61,685 nt of DNA from positions 1 to 61,685 of the forward strand of contig CDMY01000509.1 in the NCBI GenBank assembly GCA_001179505.1. Reading direction: 5' to 3'. The position numbers were made by a program, and so were the translations under genes. Positions 10,787 through 23,994 of the stretch are shown one piece after another (within the stretch, counting starts at the first letter, position 1; each line of letters begins with the position of its first letter). The notes below the pieces were generated by a model. That model was not told where the DNA came from. It did not search any database and saw only the letters and a list, made by a program, of their open reading frames with translations. This DNA is from Vitrella brassicaformis CCMP3155 (taxonomy: Eukaryota > Protista > Chromerida).

Positions 10787-11760
10787 GTGGGGGCGTCTCC
10801 TCAGCGAGGCCCCCTGGGCCGATCTCACGGCAAAATCGACGCAATGGCAACGCCATCAGGACAAGACGATGATGCCCCATCACCGGCGTCAGCAGCAGCA
10901 GAACCAGGATTGCCGCCCAACCCCGTCAAGCAGTTCACGCAGCGGCTGTTCGAGCTGCAACGGATCTACAGCAAGGTCCTCGAGCGACGCAACACGATAC
11001 ACATGTTCCACCAGCTCATGAACAAGGCGCCGAGACCCCCTGCGCCACCACTGATGTCCATGCGGACCCCCGTCGCGCAAGAACCTTCTCTCTCTCCACC
11101 AATCCCTCGAGCAGCAGCAACGGGCGGCACTGAGAAGGCGGAGAGCCCGAATCGCGTGTTGAAAGGGAAGCCCCAGCCGCCCAACCCCGTGTTGCTGCAG
11201 ATGAAGGCGGGGATGGACCTGTCCTTCAACTCGCTGGCGAGCCATGCAAGGCGGCTGGGGGAAGCTAACCATGAGCTGGCACGGCGCATGCAGGCATGTC
11301 CGTGGCACACACACACACACACACACACACGCACGCACTTACGCACGCACAGAGAGAGAGAGAGGGAGGGAGAGAGAGAGAGATGCACTCAATGATGCGA
11401 GAACGCAGAAACGTGTGTGGGATGGGTCTCTCTCTCTGCGTGCGCAGGAGCAGTTGTACCGTCAGGAGTTCGATGAGAATGAGTGGGCGGCGGCCGACCC
11501 GCGGCTCAACGATCTCGTCAAGGAGCAGAGAGACCTCATCCTAGAGCAGAAGAGACAACTGCATGAAGTAAGTAAGACCTCCAAGCACACATCCAGATGC
11601 ATCTGGATGGCTCATGTCAGCTGCGGACGTCGCACAAGCTGGCAGAAGATGAGAGGCAGCGCATGGAGTGGGACACCAGACAACGACTATACGAGCAGCT
11701 CTACTCAGACCAAAAGTCGGAATCATCACCCCGCTCGCCAGACACGATGTCTCTCTTACC

Positions 11761-11792
<32 letters not shown>

Positions 11793-14700
11793 TTGTGTAT
11801 GTTTGTACACGTAGACGGCAGCCAGGTGCTCTCAGCCAATCACTAGAAGAGATGACCGCCGCTCACAAGCTGCGGATGCCCCGCACGGCAACCGAGGCAA
11901 GAGTCACTGATGTCCGCACACCCTCCCCCCCAGCCAAGTATCGTCCCCGCCCGAAGTCACCTGCAGAAGCCGTCACATCCGCGGGATACAGAAACGACTC
12001 GTGGCAGCCCACACACGAATATGGTGGTGGCCAGAAGCCTCCCCACACGTCAACGCCTCTCCTTTCCCCAATGTCTTCCCCCCCCCACACACGACCTTCC
12101 CCGCGCCCCTGCAGCCGTCAGAGGGATGGATGAAGCGTAGGCGAGACGACTGGAAACACCTGGGTGAGCCGGACTTCCATGAGATCGCCGAAAGTGGAAT
12201 GAGTGGTTTGAGAGAGAAGAGGGGGGCGCATAAGAGAGGAAAGAGGGAGAGGGAGAGGCTTGCTGAGGCGCGAAGGCTGGTGGACAGACAGATGGAGAGG
12301 AACGCTCTGGACGATGGTGCTTATCGAAGGCAGCCAGCAGGCATGAGAGAGAGACCATCGGCTGCAGCTACAGCAGCTGAGAGGAGAGGAGGGCCAGGAG
12401 TGGGTGTGAGAGTGTGTGAGGAGTCTGAGGTGCTGATCTCACCTCCTGATGAGATCACCAGGGGCTCGATTGACGACGCTTTTGCAGAGCTGGTGCGCAC
12501 ACAGAGACAGGGATACAGGGAGAATGTGTCTCCGTTTGTTGCAGGCATCCGCAGTCCGCGAGAGGCGTCTTGGCGACCCGGCAGCAGCGCAGACCGTCTA
12601 CAACTTCACAGAGGCCCTCAGCGGACCAGCCGGCGAGTCACTTCCTCAGGCTAAATGCCCGCAGTACGTCAGCGCATTGGCTGAGGCTCTCCCCTGCTAT
12701 CCCAAACAGGCACCTGCACACACGGAGAGAAGGAGATGAAGAGATGTGCGTGTGTGTCTGTCCGTGTGCAGATGGAGGTGCAGCGCAGCGGCCTCAGCGC
12801 GTTAATGAGGGTGTACATGGCCCATGAGACCGAGCCCGTCCGTGAACAGGTGGAGAGGGCGGTGGTGCCGATGCTCGCGACATCTGCAGCTGACGACCAA
12901 ATGCTTGGAGAAGGTTTGTGTGTGTGTCTCTGCGTGTGAAAGATGTATATGTCTGTCTGTGTGCGCAGTGATCACTCAGCTGACGCTGCTGTCCTCTGCA
13001 GCTGAGAAATCGACACTCAAAGTGAGTGACACAGACAGACAGACAGACTCCCTCCTTGTCTACTGTCTCTCTGTGTTTGTCCCTATCAGCTCGACGGCAG
13101 CACCACTAGCCTCTTATTGAAGCGCATAGCCTCGTCGCAGTCTGTCGAAGTCACAGAAAACCGCCTAAAGGCACGCAGGCACGCACGCACTCGACACCCA
13201 TCCATTCATCCACCCTTGTGTATGTGTGCAGCTCTTGACATCGGCAGCGAGCAGCTCCGATCGCCGCGAGGAGCAGATCAAGTGCTCCCTCGAGTGCCTC
13301 GACAGGTGGTCGCTGGAGGCGAGAGTGATCACCCAGGCGTTGATCCTCCTGGACACGCTGCTGGAGCAGAAATCTGCCCACGGCAAGGTAAGCACCCCTT
13401 TCGCACAGAGGCACTCACACGTATATTCCAATCGTTCATTCATTTATTCGTTCGTTCGCTCATTCATTCATTCATTCATTGATTCATTCAATATCTCTCT
13501 CTCTTCCTGTGTGTGTGTCTTCCGTCAGGGCAAGTTGCGTCAATGGCTGGGCGACAAAGCCCTCCCCGTGTCTCCGGGCGATGCGGGCAAAGTGGCCGCA
13601 CTCATGCAGCGGTACCCCGCCCAGAGAAAGCTCCAGGGAGCCGCTTGCCAGGTGAACAAAATCGACAACTCAACACACTTTTTGAAAAAGAGAAGGTCAG
13701 TTTTCGTAATGGTTTGTCCATTGCGTGTGTATGCCCACCTCCGTTCAGGCGCTTGTGTCGATTGCCCACCTCTCCCCAGAACACTCAAGAGCCCTCTCCC
13801 AGCACATGTACACCCACACCCATTCTCACATGTGATGGGCATAAGCATAAGTACATGTGTGTGCTTGTCTCTATGTGTTGTGTTTGTAGGGGTGTGTTGT
13901 TCGCCGCTGCTGAAGCCCACGGCGAGAGCCAGTCGATCGCCATGAACGTGTGTAAGGCCGTCAAGGCGGCCGGCGCCACCGACAGCAGAAAAGCGACAGA
14001 ATTCCTGTTCAACGCCATCAAACGATTCAAGTATTGAAGAGAGATAGACATACACTCACACAGACAAGAGAGAGAGGGCACACAATTGTGTGTGTGAATT
14101 GCATGCCGCGCAGAGGTGTCAAGGACGTCTATATCCCAGCAGTATCGGCCCTCGCAGCCACCAAGCACCCGCACACCCAGCACCTGACCGAGCCCACCAT
14201 CCGGCCATTCGTCGCGGCATCACTGAGCCTTCTTTCAACTGGAACCGGCAAATCGCACAGAGACATACAGGCGGTGGAGAGCCTGAACGGTGGGCACACT
14301 GCAGCCAATACGTTTTCACAAAGAAGACGAATGTCCGTGTGTGTGCAGTTGTGGTGTGTCGGTACGCCTGTGTGGCGATGGCCGCTGCGGGGGCGGCGGA
14401 GATCCCCGTCAATACACTCAAGGCGGCCAATGGTGGGCAGCAGGTGAGCCCGTGACCACACACACACAGACGCACACACACAGAAGAGAGACATGGGGGA
14501 GTGTGTGTTTGGTGTGTGTAGGTGTGCGTCAAAGCAGCCGAGGCGCTTGAGGCGCTGAGCATCCAGGGCGGGCCGAAGGCGGCAAGCGACATTGTTCGGT
14601 CAGTCAGTCAGACAGACAGACAGACAGACAGGCACCCTCACCCCAACACACACACACATGCACATCTGTCTGTTTGTGACAGTTTGGACGCTGTCAACAC

Positions 14701-15803
14701 TCTCCTGGACGCTTTGATGGCGCAGCAAAAGGACACGGCCTTCGCCACCATCGTACGTGTGCATGCCCACATGCTCCTGCACTTGTCCACACATGCATAG
14801 CTCTGTTTGTGTGTGTGCAGGGCTTACGCACGGTGGCCAACTGCTGTGTGGACGAGGGAGTCAGGAAGACCATCCCAAACACACTGTGGATGGGATCATT
14901 GACGTATGTGGACCTGCCAAAGAGACACACCTAGACGTGTGTGTGCGCATTACGTGTGTCTCTGTGTAGATGGTCAAGAATACCCCCTCCCTCTCTGAGC
15001 CAGAGTGCCTTGCACAATTCTGCAGAGCAATGGTGAGCGACCCCTCCTCCCTTACTCCACAACGAAACAGCAAGAGGCATCGCTTGTGTGTCTACACAAA
15101 TATGTGCAGGCGGCCCTGCAAGCCAAGAAACCCCCAGCCACCTCAGCGGTCAAAGAAGCCGTCAAGCGAATGAATGCTCCCGGCCAGCTCGATCAATACG
15201 ACGCCATCCTCTCCACCCCTCTGCCCCAACTGCAGCAGACCACCGCTCACGCAGCACCGAAACCAGGCGCAGGGAAGAGACGCGCGTCCGTGGAGAGACG
15301 AGGCTCAGTGGAGAGAAGGGGATCGACAGCAAGTGTGGAAAAGGGCAGGAGGCCAGGATCGCCGTCTCTTTCCCCATCACAACCAGCGGCAGCAGCTGGT
15401 GGTGGGCGGAGAGGGTCACGCGCGTCAAGAAGGGGGTCAGCGGCGAGTGCTGTGCCGAGAGATCAAGGGGGAGGGGGCAGAAGGCCTCCATCACCTTCAC
15501 CCCCACCCGCATCAGCACGGCCACGGCCGCCACCACCACCCCCGCCAACAGCAGCAGCAGCGGCGATGCAGCTGAGACCATCCCAGGTACTTGCACACCC
15601 TCTGTCTCTCTGTCTGAATGAACACACATACATCCCTCTGCCTGTCCGTGCCTCTGCAGGCTGCCGAGAAGGAGAGAAGGGGTTCGACGGCGAGCAGGGG
15701 AGAGGGCCGGTGTGGGTCGAGTGCTGGGAGTGTGAGGAAAGGGGCGGGGGAGAGAAGGGGGACCAGCGCATCACGGCGGCCGAGCAAGTCGCCTGCTAGA
15801 TAA
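10787..15803 (+). CDS. Large multi-exon protein: N-terminal coiled coil, central alpha-helical (ARM/HEAT-like) repeats, Ser/Arg/Pro-rich tail
   Basis: Exons include PVKQFTQRLFELQRIYSKVLERR, EQLYRQEFDE..EQKRQLHE, MEVQRSGLSALMR, LDRWSLEARVITQALILLDTLLE, AALMQRYPAQRKLQGAACQ, VCVKAAEALEALS, LDAVNTLLDALMAQQKD, and RRGS-rich end ..SKSPAR*. Could be two genes. Confidence 0.65.
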
Positions 15804-16203
15804 GCATTATTCAGCCATGTGGTAGTTGAGACGTTGAGTGTGTTCCATGTGTGCTGTGCTTGAGCTGACAATTGTGCATAAGATGAACTTCACTATAAGC
15901 CTTCGGTCAGTTGCGGAGAAATAAGTTGAGGCGAGTAGGACATACGCCCATTCGCCCACCCGAATGGCACGCAATGGAATCACTCACGTCACCTCCGCTT
16001 AAAAACACCCTGGACCCTTTAACTAGGCCACACACTGACACGTCAAAGATGAGTACGGCATCCATCCATCCAGGACACACACAATGCAATCAGTCACGTC
16101 GTCCATTCAAAAGCACTCAGTCCCATTCCACCACCGCTCACACAGACTGACCCTCTCCACCTATCCAATCCACCAACACCACCCGGCCAACACCACTCAC
16201 CCC

Positions 16204-17308
16204 TCACACCAGCACCGTCCCCCTGTCAATGACGGCACGCTCGAGACCGAATGGCCGCAGCACACGGCGCCACAGGGGTTCCGACACGGGAAAGCGCACA
16301 GCGAGTGGAGCCGGCGCACCGGCAGCAGATGGCTTGGTCGTGTTCAGACTGATGCGGTCGAAGCCCACCCACACACTGGCAGCGACGGTCTTGTTCTGTC
16401 GGAAGCCGCTCACTATCACATGACGAAAGTCACGCGGATTCGCAGCATTCAGATCGCTCCTGTCCCAGCGCCAGTCGACAGCGATGCCCTGATCCTCTGT
16501 GATGCCCTCGGTCAGCAGACGGCCATAGTCATAAGGGCCGACGACTGCATCGAGCACCCTCCTCCTATCCACCTCACCGCACCACCGCCCGAGCAGATTG
16601 TGCAGCAGGAATGCCGAGAATGAGGGGAAGGGCCAGTCAGTGACCCAGCGGATGGCGGGGTCGGTCCGCTTGTAGCCGTCAGCATAGTGATGGCCGCCCG
16701 GCAGATCACCATATGGCACCACACGAAATGACTCATTGCCAATCCGGTAGGCCCCATTGTTGGCTTGCTGCAGCGCCAGGCTCTGTCCGCCCAGTTTGAG
16801 TAGGTGGCTGAATGTTTTGTAGATGGCCATTGTGAGGGGCAGCTGGTGGAAGGCCGTTGCTGTGGGCAGCGAGTCGGCCGACAGCCGAAGGGGCCGCGTC
16901 GTGTTGGCGGGAGTCAGCCGATAGATGAAGGCCAGGCAAAGGAACCGCCCCATCGCCCGCCACTCCTCACCGCTGCCCTGCTTCAGCAGCCAGACGACCC
17001 CTCAAGCCGCCCTCCACGTTACCACCAATGTCGAAGGCCAAGACGTCCTCCAAGCCGAGACGCCTGATGGCCTTGTTGATGTGTCGCTGGACGCCGTTGA
17101 GCAGCGTGCTCGTGACGGTCGCCGAGGTGTGGCCCTTCAGCTCCTGCTGCCGAGTGGGGGTGACGATCTGTGAGCGGAGAGCGGCTCGCGTGGCATTGTC
17201 AGCCGACATGGCCATGGCGGCCATCTTGCTGATGGGCAATGACAGGTCAAAGAGCTCGGCGGGCTGGAAGAGGGGCTGGGACGAGGGCGCTGCACCAGTG
17301 GGCCGCAT
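16204..17308 (-). pseudogene. Lineage-specific family protein interrupted by a +1 frameshift in a G-run (16998-17001)
   Basis: ORF 16967-17374 (..LEDVLAFDIGGNVEGGLR) joins ORF 16204-16953 (MGRFLCLAFIYRLTP..RFPVSEPLWRRVLRPFGLERAVIDRG) as GLRVVWLLKQGSGEEWRAMG if one G is removed. Confidence 0.65.
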
Positions 17309-17879
17309 CGTGACGTCTGAGGTCTCGGCGTGGTTTACGTGAGGTCTGGCAGGCACACACACGGAAAGGCACATGCATTTGGCATTTCAATGGCTCCGCT
17401 TCCTCTCTGGCTGCCATCTTACCCTCCAGTGGGTGAGGTGCAAAGGCCTCAGAATCTTCCCTGATCCGTCTGCGAGCTTGGCTTTCCGCTTTCGGTGCAT
17501 CTTGGCGACAGCGTGGCCGTGTAGAGTGTGTGGGAGATGCCCAAAGAGCTGTCGTGATGTCATCGATCCACACGGATGCCGCCGCCCATCTGTCTGAGTG
17601 ACGCTGATCTGACGCATTGAGGTGAGAGAGGACAAGCAAGAGGGCCTACTGGCATCAGCAATGACAGTCTCCGCGACCTCTGTGTGTTTGTTGCAGATTT
17701 CCGGCACTTTCAGTGGCGTCCAGCAACAGAGCGACAGTCAAAGGCAGCCGAGTAGCCAACTGAGGTACGGCAAGCGGAAGAAAGCCACTCAGAGGCTCAC
17801 AGATTGATGAGGCGACACTCACCGCATTCACTCATATGATGTCCGTGCTGTGACTGTTTGCAGGTGTGCAGATGTGACT

Positions 17880-19184
17880 ATGTCTGCTGCTGCTTCTGAA
17901 GGAGCCGGTGACTCTATAGCTGACGAGCCATCTTCATCTGCTGCGCCGGCTGCTGTCAATGGTAAGCAACCCCATTCAGTGCAAAATGACACAGTCCTGC
18001 CGGCACACAGCTCTCTCTCTCTTTCTCTCTGTGTGAGTGTAGCGGTCAAAGGTGGCGGTCAGCGAGAGAGTGTGCCCTTCTCGGCCGTCGCTGCCACAGT
18101 GACACCGGCTATCGCCCAGTGCCTCAGCGGCAGTGAGTACGCCGGGATGATCGCTCTCAGCCGCATCGATAAGACCCTCCGCAACTCCCTCGCCCCAATT
18201 CTGCTGCCTTTGCTGATGCGCCTGTTGGTCGTCCTGCTGCCCACTATCGGCCTCGATTCTCTCGTCGTGTGGGTCATCCCCCAGCTGCCGCTCCCTGAGG
18301 CACTCAGCCACGGCTGCTGCGTGGCATACCTCATCGAACAGCTCAGCCGGCGGCTGTGGATGATGGAGAGGGGCGGCAAGTGGGCCAGATGGAAACCTGT
18401 GCTGGAGATGCTGTATCTGCTGAGAGGCAAGAGGCCACTGGTGCTGGGGGATGACAACTTCGGCGTCTTCGGCAGCCGGGCGGCCTTCATGAGTGAGAGG
18501 GAGGCGGTCCGCCAGTGGAAGATACTCAGCTGGGGGGTCACTGTCAATCAGGGAGGCCAACAGAGACTCTTGATGGACGGCGATAATATTCTCCTCCACT
18601 GGTATGGCCATCACTGGTATACCTATCAGCCCCCCACTCTCCTCGCCTCTGCCAGCCCCCTCTTCCGTCGTGCCGCATTCGATGCATTCGACCCCACCGA
18701 CCCGCCCACGCAGCTGGCCAGCTACCTGTACTCCAACTACACATCCATGGTGGCCTTCGAGCTGTTCCGCTGGCTGACCAATAGCGGCCACATCCGTCGC
18801 ATCAAATCTTGCTCGTCTTTCCGTCGTGCTTATGCTGAGTACCGGCGTGTGGGTGAGCTGCAGGCGGCCTCTCCCAGCGATGCGGCGCAGTGGGGGGCGG
18901 GGGCGGCCGTATTCAACGAAATGATGGAGGGTTGGAGGGGATGGCATTGCCGGCTGGTGGTGCTGGGCAGTGAGGCGATGGGCGAGGGGCACATGGCAGT
19001 CATTCGGCTGGTGAGAGATTCGGGCCGTACGAGTGACCGCTCTGTGGAGATCTTCACGACCGAGTCGGCCCCCCACGACCACACGCGCACCGTTGTAATG
19101 AGAGTGCTGGGGGACCACCTGGGGGGCAACGTGTGGGATGAGCAGCACGAGACAGACAGAGAGATCATTTTCGTTGTAGAGTAG
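17880..19184 (+). CDS. Lineage-specific family protein with degenerate N-terminal F-box-like motif (exons 17880-17961, 18043-19184)
   Basis: GT-AG intron 17962-18042. Long open exon 2. Paralog of 60307-61424 with 54/57 identical residues in the ERGG.WARWKPVLEMLYLLRG..QWKIL.WG core. Confidence 0.8.
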   Translation: MSAAASEGAGDSIADEPSSSAAPAAVNGKQPHSVQNDTVLPAHSSLSLSLCVSVAVKGGGQRESVPFSAVAATVTPAIAQCLSGSEYAGMIALSRIDKTLRNSLAPILLPLLMRLLVVLLPTIGLDSLVVWVIPQLPLPEALSHGCCVAYLIEQLSRRLWMMERGGKWARWKPVLEMLYLLRGKRPLVLGDDNFGVFGSRAAFMSEREAVRQWKILSWGVTVNQGGQQRLLMDGDNILLHWYGHHWYTYQPPTLLASASPLFRRAAFDAFDPTDPPTQLASYLYSNYTSMVAFELFRWLTNSGHIRRIKSCSSFRRAYAEYRRVGELQAASPSDAAQWGAGAAVFNEMMEGWRGWHCRLVVLGSEAMGEGHMAVIRLVRDSGRTSDRSVEIFTTESAPHDHTRTVVMRVLGDHLGGNVWDEQHETDREIIFVVE

Positions 19185-19599
19185 GACGCACCAGGCAGAC
19201 TCACAGACAGTCTGCTGCCGTGGTGCTCTTGCGGTGTGAGTGTTCCCTTGACAGTGTGACAAGGCTGTGTGTACTAGTGGGAAGCAAAGGCTGTGTTGGA
19301 GTTTTTCCGTTGACCTCTTTGCCATGTTTGGTGCATGCTGTAGCATTCCGGTCCTGGTGTGTGTGCGTGTCCGTCGTGACTGAGTGAAACGAGCGCACTT
19401 TTGCTCATCCATGAGCCGAAAACATTCAGACTGCCGTGAGCATTATCGTTTGTGTGTGTGTGTGTGTGTGTCGAAGCACGCCACCACTGCATTGAGCAAT
19501 AATCAGCCACCATCCCCCCCCCCGCCTCCCCCCTTGTTGCTGCGATGGCATGTGTGTGTCACATCCACCCCCTCAATCAGTTGTCCACCTCCCAACGCC

Positions 19600-19899
19600 N
19601 NNNNNNNNNNNNNNNNNNNNNNNNNNNNNNNNNNNNNNNNNNNNNNNNNNNNNNNNNNNNNNNNNNNNNNNNNNNNNNNNNNNNNNNNNNNNNNNNNNNN
19701 NNNNNNNNNNNNNNNNNNNNNNNNNNNNNNNNNNNNNNNNNNNNNNNNNNNNNNNNNNNNNNNNNNNNNNNNNNNNNNNNNNNNNNNNNNNNNNNNNNNN
19801 NNNNNNNNNNNNNNNNNNNNNNNNNNNNNNNNNNNNNNNNNNNNNNNNNNNNNNNNNNNNNNNNNNNNNNNNNNNNNNNNNNNNNNNNNNNNNNNNNNN
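19600..19899. other. Assembly gap (300 N)
   Basis: Run of N. Confidence 1.
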
Positions 19900-19957
19900 T
19901 GAGCCCCCTCTCCCCTCTAACACACAACACGCATCCACACCTCCACACCTCGATCCA

Positions 19958-21536
19958 TCAAGCACCGTGTGTGCTGAAGTAGTGGTCCTCGCACACGATG
20001 AGCTGGTGGATGAGAGGCAGGTACGGCCCAACTGAGGGGGGGAAGGCCTCACCGCCCTCCGCCTGGTCATCGGCACCTGCTGCTGCGTCCTACATAAACA
20101 CACACACACAGAAAGACTTAGAGAGACATGTCGTTGCGATCATTTGGGCTCACCCCGGCTTGCTGCAGGTATCGATACGCAGCCAAGAAGGCGTCGAGAC
20201 CCACCTCCTACACACGCGCACAGAGAGAGAGACATACACAGAATACTCAGACAGATGCAAAGACACCACACACCACACCACACCGAACGCATAAGCGACG
20301 CTTGCCTGTTCCAAGTACATCTTGAGGCTCTCAATCCTGACCCCCATGGTGTCCTGCTCTGATGCTGCCACGCCCAAAGACGCCAACTCGCGGCCCAGAT
20401 GAGACATCAGATGGCCCTCACGGCCCCTCTCGGCCTCTGACGCGCCCTGTCGGTCGTGTCATGGCACACGAATGGATGGATGGATCTGTCTGTGTGTGTG
20501 TGTTGGGAGGGGAGGGAGGAGGACATCTACCTCTGGTGGCTGCTCCTGTGCTGCTGCTGCTGCTGCTGGCTCGGGAGGCTCGGAAGGTGCCTCTCCCGAG
20601 CGCAAGCCGTCGCTGAGATGAGACACCGACCACCACATTGCCCATGGCTCATCCCTCATCCATCCACTTACCGCAGTGTGGCGATCAGCAGCTCCTCGTC
20701 TTGATCGGTCCCCTCCTCCTCACCCCCCACAGCCACAGCCACATCCACCTCCCCCTCTACACACAGCCATAGGTCATGTGTGTGACCATTCATTCTCTCC
20801 CTGACTGACCTTCGTCAATGGTGATGGCCCGTCTGCGGGGCTGTACCACCCCCATCCCCACCGAGACCCCCTCTTCCTCTCTCGTGGTGGTGGTGGTGCT
20901 GCTGCCGGCCTCTGCTGACACGGATCTCGCCATACCCACTGGGTGCACCTGCAAGCAACCATCCAAGCAAAACGACAGAAATCCCCAGGGAGAGGCACCC
21001 TCAATGACGCACCTGTCGATGCACACGAAAGGACGGTGGGGGCAGGGCGGGGTGGCCACCGTCACCTTCTCCCGCTGCTGGTGGTGCTGGTATTATTGGC
21101 GCTGCTGGGGGTGACGGGGGCGGTCTCGGAGGCAGGGACGGCGCCGCTGCTGATGAAGGTGTCTTCACCTCTACACCCTCCCCCCCTCCGTCCTGCTGCT
21201 GCTGTTGCTCTTTGGCTTTGAGCCTCCGTTGCTGGGCCAGAAAGTCCCTGAGTCCCTGCCTGTGCTCGTCCCTCTCGGCCTTCCTGTCTGGCCGGGGGGA
21301 GGGAGTGGATGGGGCGGGAGAGGGGGCCTCCTGTGTGACAACAACAACAACAACAAGAATGTGACAAAGAGTGTGGGAGAAGGAGAGAGACAGGGAGACG
21401 GACATGTTAGGCGGGTACGGACCTGTTTGTGGTGGACCTTGGGGGCGGTCTCTCTGATGTGCGCCTCGATCTTCTGCCGCCGCGCCTCCGCTACGCGGAT
21501 CTTCTCCTACACATACACATACACAAACGCGCCTCG

Positions 21537-21567
<31 letters not shown>

Positions 21568-21948
21568 GTCTCTGTCTCTCTCTGTGTGTGTGCGTGTGTT
21601 ACGTGGTGGTATTCCCTTCTGGCTTCCTCCAGCTCCGTCCACCGCCTCTTCTCTTCCTGCCGCTTCTTATCCCTCTCCCTCACACCATCCCTCCCACCCG
21701 CACCCTCTCTCGACGGCTGCTCGTCTGGAGCTGCACAGCGGTAGGGATTGACGCACACGTCAGAAAATCTCTCCATCGCCATTTTCAAGTGTAATCAGAG
21801 AGAAAGTACCTGACCTGCCGGGGGTGTGGAGGGCTTGTTCTGCACATCGCCCTGCCCCTGGTCTCCGCCATGTCTGTCCTCGAGGACGCGGCGCTTGACG
21901 CTATCGGCGATGGCCATCCTGTCGCGAAACTACACACACACACACACG

Positions 21949-21982
<34 letters not shown>

Positions 21983-23015
21983 TTTGGCCGAAGTCTTTTC
22001 TTGCCTATAAGTCTATAAGTAAAAACCTATAAGTGCACGGGCTTGCTGACCTCTTGCACCAGAAACGGGTCTGCTGACGGCCCACCACCGGCAGCAGCAG
22101 CAGCGGCAGCAGCCGGCGGCTTCTGCTGCTGCTGCTGCGAAGGCGGCACCACCGCCCACCCACCACCCCCTCTCGGCCCACCACCTCCCCCACCACCGCC
22201 AGCCACCTTTCTGTCTCTCTCTTGGTGCCTGGCCGGTACATGTCTCCTCGCTTCAGGCCTGTTCTGCGCGCCACCAATGCCGGGCGATGGATCGCGTGAT
22301 ACTCTGCGGTCTCTGCTTTCTGATCGTGCCCTCTGTGGTGCTGGGGGTGGTGGTGGGACAGCTGCTGCTGCTGCTGCTGCTGCTGCAGGGGGGGAGGGAG
22401 AGGGGGCGGGGGAAGGGGAGGGTCTTTCTCTTTTGTCGTTTTTCTGCTCTCTCTGGGGGCTTTCTGGTGCTTGAGGCTTCTGTTGCGGTTGTAGCGGCGC
22501 CTGTCTGCCCTCCTCCTCTTCCAGGAAGGTCTTGATCTGCTGCTGGATGACCCCCCGGTTCAATATCGCCTATCACCACACACAACACACAAAACAAGCC
22601 GCCACAACTTATCCCATTGAGATGACGTTCTCTGGTCAATGAGAAATCCTAAGCGAAGAGACCTGAATTGACGGCCTTTTCGCGGGGTCTTTCTGCAGCA
22701 TGTCGTCGACGAGCTGCCGTATGTCAGGCGAGAATGACTGTGAGATGGGCGGGTAGTGGCCCTTGAGGATCTTCATGACGAGGCCCCGCATGGAGTCGGC
22801 GTCGAAGGCGTGGCGGAGGGTGCAGCACTCGTAGAGCACACAGCCCAGACTGCGGGAAGCGAAGGAGAGAGAGAGAAAGGGATACATGTATCCATGTCTC
22901 TCTTCGTGTGTGTGTGTGTGTGTATGTCTATACCTCCTGAGGGACATCACATACACACACGGAGACAGACAGACAGACAGACAGACAGAGAACAGAGAGA
23001 CATTGCCAACAATCC

Positions 23016-23048
<33 letters not shown>

Positions 23049-23534
23049 CAGATGTCGCTCTTATAAGAGTAAGGCCTCTCCTGACATATCTCCGGCGACA
23101 AGTAATAAGGCGTCCCAATCGCCGTTCTCGCGTAGTCCTGCGTGTGCTGCAACACTCGCGCTATCCCAAAATCTCCCAGCTTGATCCGCTCGGCGCCGGG
23201 GCCCCTCCCGCCCTTGCCTGTCAGAAAAATGTTCTGCGACGCAGGAGCCGCAGGACATAGGACATATTTCGGCTTTGGTCTCGTTAAAGGCATCACCCGG
23301 CCTTCACCTGTGATTTGAGGTCTCGGTGAAGGATGTGACGCTCGTGAACTGCATGGATGGGGGAAAAGTGTTTGTTTGTGGGAAGAAGGGTGAAGATTGT
23401 TACTGACCGTGTTTGAGTGCGAGGCACAGCTGTGTGAACCAGCGAATGATGGTGCGTTCGGGGAAGGGGCGGTTCGTCTGCCTCTGGGCGGAGATCTTCT
23501 TGTAGAGGTCCCCTCCTGCACACACACGCACACA

Positions 23535-23569
<35 letters not shown>

Positions 23570-23873
23570 GCGAGGCCTTTCTTAACACCGATCCCCTCCC
23601 CTCCCGCCATCTCATCTCCTGACCTTCGCAGTAGTCCATCACAATGCACAGCTGGTCGTTCTCAATGAAGCTCTCTCTATACGTCACGACATAAGGGTGC
23701 CGCAGCGAGCTCATCACCTTGACCTCATTCACGGCGTCCTTCTTTTGCTTGGCCTCCATCCGCGATATGTCGATGGTCTTGACGATCAGGGAGCGGCCAT
23801 CCCTGTCAGTCACCAGCACGGCTGACCCGAAGGAGCCCTTGCCCACCACACGAACACGCTTGTATTTGTGCAT
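19958..23873 (-). CDS. NEK: NIMA-related (NEK1/3/5-like) Ser/Thr kinase with long coiled-coil/low-complexity C-terminus
   Basis: [92 protein letters not shown]-terminal [14 protein letters not shown] and [18 protein letters not shown]. Confidence 0.92.
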
Positions 23874-23994
23874 CTTCAAGTTTGAAGTTGAATTTCTGGG
23901 GGCGAGATGGGGGCCTCCGCGTCTCGGTGAGACAGTGACGGCGTCGAACGATTCCTGATTCGGTGGGAGGTTTGTGAGGGCTGCTGAATTGCAG
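23874..23994. promoter_or_regulatory. Putative bidirectional promoter between NEK and EML start codons (121 bp)
   Basis: Divergent ATGs at 23873 (-) and 23995 (+). Function is inferred from geometry only. Confidence 0.5.

Noticed and set aside
17976-19412. 478-aa minus-strand ORF (and 60676-61227 + strand ORF)
   Set aside because: Antisense shadows of the GC-rich F-box-like genes. The opposite strand has the splice signals and paralog conservation.
19384-20109. ORFs containing long X runs (also 51228-52359)
   Set aside because: Artefacts of reading through 300-N gaps.
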